A stretch of DNA of 64,000 nucleotides from Tubiluchus corallicola (Eukaryota; Animalia; Priapulida). Below the pieces are notes generated by a model. The model was not told the DNA's origin. It made no database searches and saw only the letters and a program-made list of their open reading frames with translations. This document shows, piece after piece, positions 54,101-64,000 of this stretch. The position numbers and the translations under genes are program-made. The stretch covers positions 186,001-250,000 of the forward strand of contig JAQGDQ010000321.1 of NCBI GenBank assembly GCA_030141605.1, written 5' to 3'. Each line of letters begins with the position of its first letter. Position 1 is the first letter of the stretch.

Positions 54101-57100
54101 TTGCAGATACCTTTTTATATATATATTTGTAGTCCCTGCCTAACATGCATCTAGTGTGTTTTTGTGGCATTGTGTTATATAAGACAACTGCTAATTCATG
54201 TCAGGATGCTATAATTTGTAATAATGTATGATTTTCTATGGTTATTGGATATAAAACTATATTTGTTATATTAAATCACGTACGACAAGGTTTCCTTTAC
54301 CAAGGAATCAATTTTTTTGGTAGTGTGTCGCTCTGCAAGTCAAGAGATAGTATGACAATAGATATTATCCAAAAGCAACTTAAACAGCATCACCCATCCT
54401 TTTATTAGCTCCAGGCCTAGTGTTGCTGATCATCCCAATCAAGTGCACGAGCACACTCACACCTATTCCTCTCACCCATGACCGTCAGTAATTAACAATA
54501 CAATTTTATTTATTTTAACATATGAAATGTTTAAAACTTATTGCATATGTCTTCCATGGCACACAGTGGTAGGCACAGCCTTCGTAATATAATTTTACTG
54601 TTTACTTTTGTTGGTATATAAAATGTATTTAGTTATTTATTTATTTTTGTACCTAATAAATAATAATAATAATATGATTGTAGTTATTTGTGTGCATGTA
54701 ACAAATTTTAACTTGTTAACTTTTGATTATTTTTTTGTTAATGCAGCTCCCATATTGCCCATAAACTTGCTACACAAAACTACGACTGATGCACAGTTGA
54801 ATGGATATACTATTCCCTCAGACACCATCATGATTGGCTGCATCTATGCTTCCCATATGGATCCCAGCTACTTCCCCGAACCAGAAAAGTTTAATCCCGA
54901 AAGGTTCATCGATGCCGATGGGAAAGTTAAGACAAAATGTGACGGCTTCATGCCATTCTCCATAGGTACATTATTGAAAGTTCTATTTTACCATACTTCA
55001 TTCATTATAGTTTTATTTTAACATAGTTATAGCAGTGAAGTGGGTGTACGTTGAACAAATAAGTCAAGGAGGTATGCAGTAGTGTCAGTCATTTACTAGA
55101 GCAGATCAGTAATTAAACTTGACGATACGCAACAAATTGCAGCATTTAGCAGAAACAACTAATTATTCCCATCACACACAAGACAAAATCTGTCAGCAAC
55201 AACTTGTATGACATGCATTTTTGCTCGTGTGCACACTCGATAGACACTGTGATACCAGTTTTGCTGCACGCAGGTTTATATTAGAAGTGCTTAATTTTCT
55301 GTCTCAGACAAACACATCCTGCTTCTATGTGCACACTCAGTGCAGCAACTTGCATTAGACAAAACAAGTTCATCTAACATGTTATCTAATAATTGTTCAC
55401 TCAGGTTTTTGTATGCCATATTGCTTCATATAAAAGCTACCATGTTTGTGCAAATTTAGCGGGAGATGATTTTATCAGACAGTTTACTGCATACAGATTT
55501 TTTGCCATGTGCAACTAACATTAGGCTTACTTCTAATACTCTTGCAATTCTGTAGATGCAAGACTGTAGGTCTAAACCAAAAACATTAAATTTTTCTCAA
55601 GTATGTCAAGTGCAACTGGTTTACAGGCAAATTTGAAAAATTTATGCCTGAAAATTGAATGAGTTGAAATGATCCCACTTGTGAGGCTGATAGTAATTTT
55701 TCACTCATTATAAAATTGGGCTAATTTTGTGGCCCGATTAATTTAACTTCTTGGTTCATATAAATGAAGTAATTACCTGATAATCAAATCTCGTATGATA
55801 TTCATAGAAATGCTATTGTTTTTCGAATATCTGTGTGTGACTATTACCATAACTCTCAAACTTGTATGTAGCCATGCTTCAAGTGATTGTACACAGAAGT
55901 CCTTGTCTAGACACTAAAATGGTTTTGACAACCACATACAGAGCAAATATAAATTGAAATTAGACACAAACTAACATTTATGTTACTGTCAGAAATACAT
56001 GTTACTTTTCTGAAAGTTTAATATTACTACCCAGCAGTGCAGATATATTATTATAACTTTGGGTAACTAGAATGTTTAGTTTTAATTTTCAATTCAACAA
56101 CATATTGTCATTTTGTCTCTTACAGGTTGGCGTGTCTGCCTTGGTGAAATGCTGGCAAAGATGGAATTATTCCTTTTCTTTACAGCGATACTGCAAAATT
56201 TCACAATTGTACCAAAAGACGGCTGCCCACCAGCTGTAACTAACAGTACATTTGATATTGGTGCTGCTGTAAATGCTCCTCTTCCATATGATATGCGGTT
56301 AATTATGCGCGAATAAAGTAAACGATGTGTTAGCTATAGATAAACTGCTTGTAAAATTAGGCCACTCTAGTATCTTAAAATAAATTAGTGTGAGAAAGGG
56401 CTAGCAAACATGTACTGTAGACACCCAAAGCGATTTATTATTTTATTACCATTTACTACTCAAATTTTCGTAATAGTTATAGAGTCATATTAAATTGCTA
56501 TTGTGTTAAAATTTGGATGTAGTGAAAAAACTGGAAATAGTGTTTAAATAGTTTTCATAGATTTATAGTAACTGCATTCAATACTTAAACTGTACAAATT
56601 GTACAGTTATGCTGGTATTTTATTATACTATTGATAAAACTTAAATACATGTAACATATGTTGAAAAAACTGTCTGTATTTTAGGTATGTAGTGTCATTT
56701 TTTGTTATGTTTATAATTCAAAGTCATGAAGTGCCTTGTTAAACTGCATTGACATATAACTCAAATGAATGTATTACATATGCTGACTGGATAAAAATAA
56801 CAATGTAAATGCCACAAATGTCACTAATTGAAGACATTTAACTTATGATAATCACAATAATAAACTATAATAATTCTGCATCATAAGCATAATCGATCAA
56901 TATACACCAAGTTGTTGCAATACCTTACTATTACTAATAAAATAAAGTTTGTTTTTGAGATATCATATTGTGTTACTTTTCAATTGGCAAAATAAGTTAA
57001 AAAAGTTTCAAAATGCATTTTAGTATATTTCTGTGAGCTAATCGATTAATCTTTGTCACAACAACATGTTATACTAATTTAGTAATAATAATAAAGTACA

Positions 57101-58709
57101 GTTAAGAGCTTTCTCTTCATGATTGTTAGGTAAATTACACTAAGCTTCACGAATTTTGCTTATTAGTTTGTGAAAGTTGTTTTGATAGGCATGCTCACAT
57201 AATTATCCCTAATATATTGACTAAAATTTAGAAAAGTATTTATGCAAGGATCTTTATTATAGAATTATCTGCCATTATTTTTAGTGCACTTAAAAAATCA
57301 TGTATTTCATGTCAAGTGCTCAAGAAAAGTATCTTGGTCAAGCTTAAATGGTAAACATGAGCAAAGCAGACATTCAGTCAGCTAAATGTTTTATGCATGC
57401 ACCAATTCATTATTTAGGAAATTTTCTATTTGCTCCGCTAATCTTAGTGTTATCTTGTTTAAGAATTACTGTGTCAGTTTATGAAATATATGTAATTTTG
57501 TGCTTTCACAGAAAATTCACATTTCCTACAGGCTACAACGATGGTATTATAAATTTTTCTTGTGTAAGTACTATACTTTAAAAATGTGTGCTCAGCTGCA
57601 TTTCTTACAATTCAATGCCCACTCTGAGTTCAGTTCATAAAGTGTCTAATTTCAAGAATGGAATAAAGAATATTTAAGTATTCGAAAAGTTTAGATGACC
57701 TTCGTTCTATCCATTAATAAATTTTTATCCATGCTTATTATGGAGTAATATGAGGAAGGAACATTATAAACTACAACACAGAAACAGTCTAATAGTATTA
57801 CTTGCGAAATACACTGCTCTGTGAGATAATTCCCTTACAGGTAGCTTTAGGACTTCTTTGTGTTCATAATTCTTATATTATGGTAGTTTATATATTGTAA
57901 TTTTGTGTCTGTTATATTTTTGTCTGTTAATAGCTACATTAAGATGTAACTGCCACCCTTATTCATCCAAAATTACTTCAGAAAATCATTTCCAGCCAAT
58001 TAAACCACTCGAGTACTCAGCACCGATTACCGTTTTGATTTGTAGTTTAGTTACGAATGGCTTCTGCATGTTAGGCATGGCTAGCTCCGATGGGCACTTT
58101 GCTGTTAACAGTGCGACGATTAATCACATTGTTGCCGTATATGGATTAAACAAACTTATTTTACATCCGGGCCTAGGAAATTCTGAGCAATTGTAGGCTA
58201 TGCTCAAATAGCTTTCAGTTTTCAGTTAATAAAAGGTGTAGCAGTAGGGTCAGAGCTAACATCTCTTGCTTCGTTCTCATATAGTTATCCCCCTAAATTT
58301 TTAGCACTACACTTGGTAACACTCCTGTTAAGCTCCCAGTAAGCACTTTAGCCCTGTTATGTACTTTACCAATTATCCAGTCCTACTAAATTTTCTTAGA
58401 ATTCAAGGTGGTCTCAATGGATCAAAAAAGTAAAAGAACTAAAATGATTTCAGTAAAGTATTCATCGCAAGTTTTCTCAATATTGCAGAGCCTAATTAAA
58501 AGTATTTACGTTTTTAGGATCGGCCACTTTCCTGTATGGCTAGAGGCAGTTGGCACAAATGCGTGGGACGCTTTAATCCAGTCACACAGACTCTGAACTG
58601 TGTGTGTGTGTTTCGAGCTACAGAAGATGAAAAGAAAATAACGAAGGTTGCAATTAGTGCATCTAATGCAGCAATGAGTAAAGCTGTAGCATTGCTAAGT
58701 GAATCGTGA
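45068..58709 (+). CDS. SPATA22: SPATA22-like meiotic recombination protein (MEIOB partner) with C-terminal OB-fold
   Basis: Exons 45068-45167, (probable 45273-45356), 46480-46549, 46920-47403, 47933-48065, 48787-48884 and 58518-58709 splice in frame. N-terminal [13 protein letters not shown] resembles vertebrate PLFNQKKRNRQPL. C-terminal [14 protein letters not shown]...FEVFGLLDSTV...CVFYPI|[17 protein letters not shown] resembles human LRIISAVIESMKYW...FEVLAVLDSAV...CVFYEIDRELPRLIRGRVHRCVG (recalled). Confidence 0.88.
45273..45356 (+). CDS. SPATA22: SPATA22 possible 84-nt symmetric exon
   Basis: AG acceptor after a T-rich tract, open frame [27 protein letters not shown], phase 1-1, weak donor GTTTAC. 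Confidence 0.5.
46480..46549 (+). CDS. SPATA22: SPATA22 internal exon
   Basis: TTTATGTAG acceptor, AG|GTAATT donor, phase 1-2, fits both neighbours. Confidence 0.65.
46920..47403 (+). CDS. SPATA22: SPATA22 large low-complexity/disordered exon
   Basis: 484 nt open frame (contains ORF 46981-47409), phase 2-0. Confidence 0.75.
47933..48065 (+). CDS. SPATA22: SPATA22 OB-fold exon 1
   Basis: [15 protein letters not shown]...FEVFG; phase 0-1. Confidence 0.88.
48305..48749 (+). repeat. Minisatellite, ~49-bp unit, ~9 copies
   Basis: Unit CTGGACTGATGTACTGTTGTCAGTTGTTTCACAGTTTGCATGGGTGATA. Confidence 0.95.
48787..48884 (+). CDS. SPATA22: SPATA22 OB-fold exon 2
   Basis: LLDSTV...[17 protein letters not shown]; phase 1-0, GTAAGT donor. 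Confidence 0.88.
48932..50050 (+). mobile_element. Possible non-autonomous Helentron-like (HINE/DINE-type) element interrupted by the RTE-like insert
   Basis: 5' GTCCCAGCA vs 3' TGTGGGAC subterminal inverted match; TGTC-type microsatellite near the 5' end; 3' hairpin ACCCC-N7-GGGGT followed by CTAGTT. Confidence 0.45.
49275..49963 (-). mobile_element. GC-rich insertion resembling the 5' UTR of an RTE-clade LINE, flanked by an 11-bp direct repeat
   Basis: TTTGATAATGT at 49264-49274 and 49964-49974; abrupt GC rise; motifs such as CCACACCCCGGGCAACGG and GGTAGGTGTGGATACACTGG resemble recalled RTE 5' UTRs. Confidence 0.6.
50627..50733 (+). promoter_or_regulatory. Putative CYP proximal promoter: nuclear-receptor half-site cluster and TATA box
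   Basis: TGGTCA-T-TGATCA (IR1-like, 50627-50639), AGGTCA-A-AGTTTC (DR1/HNF4-like, 50642-50654), TATAAAAA at 50726-50733, ~120 nt upstream of the ATG. Confidence 0.45.
50855..51191 (+). CDS. CYP exon 1
   Basis: TM anchor, [17 protein letters not shown]; G|GTAAGA donor. Confidence 0.93.
50855..56316 (+). CDS. Cytochrome P450, CYP2 clan (CYP2-family-like), 5 exons, 499 aa, apparently intact
   Basis: Exons 50855-51191, 51367-51894, 53734-53958, 54747-54965 and 56126-56316 total 1500 nt; all introns phase 1. N-terminal TM anchor, PPGP, WREQR, AGTETT, EVQR, PERF and heme motif FSIGWRVCLG. Confidence 0.95.
51367..51894 (+). CDS. CYP exon 2
   Basis: [34 protein letters not shown]. Confidence 0.95.
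52255..52760 (-). mobile_element. Highly decayed LINE 3' end in CYP intron 2
   Basis: Minus-strand AATAAA directly followed by an (ACTA)n tail; upstream sequence resembles an RT C-terminal remnant. Confidence 0.45.
53734..53958 (+). CDS. CYP exon 3 (I and K helices)
   Basis: [28 protein letters not shown]. Confidence 0.95.
54747..54965 (+). CDS. CYP exon 4
   Basis: GYTIP, FNPERF, FMPFSIG. Confidence 0.95.
56126..56316 (+). CDS. CYP exon 5 (heme Cys)
   Basis: [18 protein letters not shown]...RE*. Confidence 0.95.
56936..56958 (+). terminator. Candidate CYP poly(A) signal
   Basis: Tandem AATAAAATAAA followed by a GT-rich tract; other AATAAA at 56312 and 56859. Confidence 0.35.
58518..58709 (+). 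CDS. SPATA22: SPATA22 terminal exon (not in ORF track in this frame)
   Basis: TTTTTAG|GAT; [40 protein letters not shown]...LLSES*; phase 0 matches the donor at 48884. Confidence 0.87.
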   Translation, partial: DRPLSCMARGSWHKCVGRFNPVTQTLNCVCVFRATEDEKKITKVAISASNAAMSKAVALLSES

Positions 58710-60564
58710 AGCGTTGTCAAAAGTGAATGTGACAGAATGTGATATTCAAATAAGTACAAGATTACTTGTTAGCCCACTTTAAATTGTTAATAAATTTAGT
58801 TCAAATATTGTGGTTATTACGTATTTATTAAAAACGGTAATTGCATATATTTTCATTATATATTTATTTGTTTGTTTGTGATGTTGATTTTTTACATTTT
58901 TATTACATACAGGGTTATTGCAAACAAGTTCTGTATAACATCAGGTGGTGCAGAAAAATGTGCCCAAGTTTAGATTTCAATACTATTAGAAGCAATTTCA
59001 CAGTCTGATGTTTCAATAAATTTACTTTTGCCTGTGAAATTTGCAAGTTTATGTTTTAGTAGTTTTTAGGTTAAAACAGTAAATAAAGCACAGATAAAAA
59101 TTCGTTGTCAAGGAAAAATGGGACAGTCATCAGGTTTACCATATCTAGAATTGCCCTAAACTGTGCATAATAGCTGCACAAAGCCGTTTGATGCAGAGGA
59201 ACTACATAATTGCGAAATTTGTTAAGCGCAGGGACTAAACACGCACTAAAAAGCGAAAAACTATTGAGTATCAAGAAACATCTTCGTCTACCTTATATCG
59301 AAAATGGTGGACAACAAAGCTCTTGTAAATTTAGCATTAGTAGCATAATGAAATTTTTTGCCACATTTATATTTTTGACTTGTTGATTTAAAATTTCTGT
59401 ATCTTTGGAAAAATTGAAAGTAACGCCCTGCAAATCAGTGCCGTGAGTAAAATTTCTGCAAAATCAGCTTAGCAATTTTGTAGAGATTCTGCTATCTTCT
59501 TATAATATCAAGGTCAAATCTTCGGCACATTTTTTGTGCCACCTAATTTATTTGTGCTTTTGTTACATTACTTTTTTACATTCTTTTACATACAAATATT
59601 TTTTTTGTTAAACTGTCTGTTGCAATATATAAAATTGTTATTTTATTATAATTTTATAGTTTTTTTGTGATAACCTTTAGTTTTATACTTTTTAGGCTGT
59701 TTGTTTCTGATTATTTTTGGAATTAATTAATTATACTTATCACCAGTAAATGAACAAATTCGACAGTGCAATTTTTCACTTAAATTTCATTTCACATATT
59801 TAATGACACTGTAAAGGTCTATGTTTTGTATGGCTCTGCAGCTTATGTTTTCATTGCTGACGCTATAATGCAACAAGTTGCTAATTACAAATTTTTTGCA
59901 AAATGCTTAAATGACTCTACACTTATTCGATGGAATAAAATAAACAAGAATTTAGAAGGCTGGCACAAAAAACTATGTAGACCTTTGTTCTTGAAGGAAT
60001 TTTCTTGCAATATACAATATGCTACATAACATACTAAAGTATGGAGAAGAGAGTTACCATGTTTAATTTTATCACTTACTAGAAAGTATTAATTGTAATG
60101 TATAAATAAATTTTGTCATTGCTGCAAAATACTTGCTGATTCAATTTTCTTTGTTTTTAATGAAAAAGTTTTTACAATGAATAATAACTCCAAATGACAA
60201 AAATATCGAATTAATTGTACAAATTAGGATGCATTTCAACCAACATTAATTTTTTTTCCTATACATATGCGCCATTGTCCTTGCATGTTCATGCCGAACC
60301 ACAGCTGAAGCCATGAACTTGATTGGTCCCTGGTGGCTAATTGCATACTGAAGCATATGCCATTAATGTAAATAACTCCGACATTCGCTAGTTAGAAATC
60401 CCACAATATATTGGCACAGACTAACCAGCACACAAAACGTCACTTTCTCTGGTGAACTAATTCACACTCAGACTATTGCACCCTCTTAAAACTTTGCCCT
60501 AATCTCTTCTGCATCAGTGGTAGCCACTAGCAAATTTGGAATGTCATTTACTTATCTTTAGTTA

Positions 60565-62368
60565 CTATTGTGCCTGGCTTGTGTCTCGTGACTTGTATGT
60601 AATACCACGACTCTTTAGTTCGCGGATGATGCCGGGTGGCAGTTTACCTGATACTGAAATAGCATACATTCCTTTTGATAGACTATCTGCAAGAAGAGAA
60701 GATTGAATTTCATTATTACTCGACAGCAGCAAGCTTCCATGCAACTTCAAACCGCTTTATATCACCTACCTTGGGACTGCAAAAAAGTTAGAATTATAGG
60801 TTGACATTATAACAAGGTGTGTTAAACAAACATTTTGTTTTGCTAAAAATTTGGGCGTTAAGCGAGGTTGGCGTTACAAAGGGGTCGTTATGATGAGGTT
60901 TGACTGTATATGATTTTTGCAATAGTGCATTAAACCCCATTCAACTAAATTATATTCCACTACATTTGCATTTTCACATTGAATTAAATTACCCTAAATG
61001 TTGCAAGAATAACTCATTACATTAGTTAATGTTTGATTCAATCAATCTGTAATTTCTAACTCACACACATAGATCAAACATACAGGTGCAAAAGGGACAC
61101 TTACTCTATTTTCTAGTGTGAACACAAAAACACTACTGTAGAATCAATTAGTTGTGCTGTACACATTCTCAAATTTTGTTTTGACATATAACGATGTACA
61201 CAAGTAGTTAGTAGGGCATTAGTAATAGCTAGCCGTTAAAGACACTAGTTAAAACAAGACTGCAGTACGCAGGGGCCTACTTAACAGTGTGGCAAGTAAA
61301 CCCAAAATTTCAACCAAATTTTATTATTTCAGTTCAAAATGTATAGCTGAATGGGTGGTGGTAAACAGTCATTCAAATAGTGAGTATTACTCTAAGACAT
61401 AAGCAGAATTGTGCAGAGACGAAAACTATGTCGTTCAGACTTTGCACCACATATTTTTGAGACAAAAATAGATTTTAAAATTTTAATTTTGTCGGGACAT
61501 TCTTCTTCATCTTCTTCCTCACCATTATTTTAGAAAAGACGATATTGTTTCTGTAGTTTAGTGCAAAACAGCAGAAAATGTCAAATTTTTGTTGCAAATA
61601 AAGAAATAAACAAAAGTGATAAAACATTGATTAGGGTTCCAATAACAGAACAGTTAAACAAACATGTCCAGGTAAGGTCATTAAGCAGCTCGGTATATTA
61701 AGCTTATATACTACTCACTTATGCGCTGCCATTTTGCAACCCAGCTATCTTCTGGATTCATCATAGCAATCACTCTAGAAAACAAAATTAATATATTACA
61801 TTTTATACTGTAAACATTAGACATGTGGTTGTCCTGTTGTTAAATGTTAATACTGTTGATGTTGTAATATACAAGTCATCTTCATAATTTAATCAATAAT
61901 GAACAATATAAACTGATAAAACTACAAAAAGAAAATCTAAAGCAGCGTAGTATTCTTTGGTTCCTTGTTTACTTCCTGTACATACTTAGTTACATACATT
62001 AATGGAGAATGCCTGAAGGTTATGCAAATTTAAAAACAGAGGGTCATTTAGCATTCCAGCAATTTAAATTATATTCGCATTTGTCATTTTAAAGCAAGTA
62101 CTATTTATTAAATTATGTTACCACGTTTACAATAATATGTCTGAGAAGTACAAGCAATAGAATAAAAATATAAGGTAAAAACTGAAGAGAAAGTATGTGA
62201 TAATGACAACACAAGTAAAGTCTATACTACAAATGAAACTGTTTAATAAATTAATACAAACCCATCAAAATTGGCACTTGTGCAATCATAGACCATGTCT
62301 CTGTTCCCTTTCATTCCAAGAAATTGCTCGCAGTTCTCACATCCATCCAGTTCAAATTGATCTATGGT
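60565..62368 (-). CDS. SUPT4H1: Transcription elongation factor SPT4 (DSIF small subunit); three exons, first exon outside window
   Basis: Exons 62262-62368 ([36 protein letters not shown]), 61719-61774 ([18 protein letters not shown]) and 60565-60686 ([32 protein letters not shown]) are phase-compatible. Confidence 0.96.
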
Positions 62369-64000
62369 CTAGAACAGTCACTAACGAGATCATTTCAGTG
62401 TTGAATTAAATGCGATGTTTATTTACCAATTTTAGCTTTTATGTGTTAGTCAATTATTACTTTGTTTTTACTGTGATGTACTTTTATAACTTTACAAATT
62501 ACAGTTACAGTTCTCTGACTACAATGCAATTTCATCACAATAATTTTTGGCATGTAAAACGAAATTTTTACACCCATGAAAATTTTAGTTTATCCAAAGC
62601 CTCCACTCTGCTGCAGCTGAGTGATAATGGTACAGTCTATGTTACTTAAAGCGAGACTGGGCCCAATCCTAAACTGTAAGTCAAAACAATCTACTCTTTA
62701 AAATATTGAAAGGAAACACACTATTTCTTTCAAAAATGACTTAAGTGAAAGAATCATTACCACACAAACACAATTTTGCATTCGCATGCATTGCTTTGCT
62801 GTTACATGCATTTCGCCATTCGCTAGTTAGACGGGCACTAGCGCCTGCATTTCAGAAACGTGCTGTACCTCTCAGTTCAGATGTGTTAGTTTGTGACGAA
62901 CTACACACATTTGACAGTTCATGCGTGAGCACAGAGGTAAATTTGAAATTTGCATTTTTATTTTTAAACTTGGCTAGTTTTAGTGCAACACACTGAATAT
63001 CTTACAGTAGCACTGTACTTCAATTTTTGCTTTCATAAACAAGTGCAATATGCTTGTGGAATATTTTTGCTGTTGAAAATTACGTTAGTTCATCAATAGT
63101 TGGGCTCACCTGCCATTAATTAAGTTTTTAATCTGTAATTTATTTATCACAAACGATTTTGCAGTACTAAATGTGTCAACATGTACACTTTTATTGGATT
63201 TGAAAATGGGGTATTGTATGAAAAATCATCTTGTCCTCCTTTAAGGACAGTAACAGCACAATTCAATTGAATTGTTAAATTGAAGCAAAGGCCACATGTT
63301 ACAAGTTTGACATTACTGGTATGTATTTTTAACCATACACTAAAATTTACAATACTTTCATTGTAATATCCTCAGTGGCATAGTTAAGGCGGGGTGGATA
63401 GGCTATCCTTTCAGACAGCACCACTTTCATCAAGTACATAGAAAAAGTTGATTCTGTCAGAAAAATAGAAAGGCAAAACACCCTCAGGACACAATTTCCC
63501 AAACGATGCTTACAGTGCCTCCTGCTATTTACTACTTTTTTACATTAACATTTGAAACTTTTGAGCATTGTAACTCTGAAACACGTAGACATTTGGGTGA
63601 ATTTATTTCTCACAAACAAATATTTGCAGTAGGACTTTATTATTTTATCGATTTACCTCTGTAATTTACCTCAACTTTAAGACAATGCTGCTAAATTTTA
63701 CAAATACGAACTGCATCAAATTCTAAGTATGTTACTGAACGTCCTCTTTTAATAACAAGGATATACAGCTATGTAGCTGAAGAGTCATGGTGCATTCTTA
63801 GCAACCAAAAAAAAGTTAAGCAAAACCGGGCATGATTAGTCAATGGACAGGAAATCACAAGAAAAATTGCTTGTGGGTAGTTTCTTCTGCAATCTGGCTA
63901 TATATTTCTTTGAGAAAGAATGTGATGAATGAATCCAAACATGGACAAGAGACCTCTGCAGGTTCAGCACCTGATCTTAACTGTTTACTCCTAATAATAC

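Noticed and set aside
58408-58759. Track ORFs 58408-58596 (+) and 58514-58759 (-)
   Set aside because: Off-frame and antisense shadows of the real SPATA22 last exon
62369-64000. SUPT4H1 first exon (expected LRAC..C..VK)
   Set aside because: Not found in the window; presumably further right

Overview
AT-rich, intron-rich animal (probably invertebrate) genomic DNA, not prokaryotic; most short ORFs in the track are noise. Hand-splicing with GT-AG sites and phase checks gives four genes. (1) A minus-strand ABCC8/ABCC9 (SUR)-like long ABC transporter with 14 coding exons from 42874 down to 883 and a ~28.5 kb intron after the first coding exon; it runs off the window start. (2) A plus-strand SPATA22-like meiotic gene (45068-58709), head-to-head with the ABCC gene. 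(3) A complete 5-exon, 499-aa CYP2-clan cytochrome P450 (50855-56316) nested on the SAME strand inside the last (~9.6 kb) SPATA22 intron. (4) Three minus-strand exons of SUPT4H1/SPT4, whose first exon lies beyond the window. Introns carry decayed LINEs, a Harbinger-like MITE, Helentron-like and RTE-like remnants, tRNA-SINE-like fragments and mini/microsatellites. The most notable observation is the same-strand nested CYP, which splits the SPATA22 OB-fold and places its own promoter-like motifs and poly(A) signals inside the host intron. Gene and TE family assignments come from recalled motifs, not database searches.
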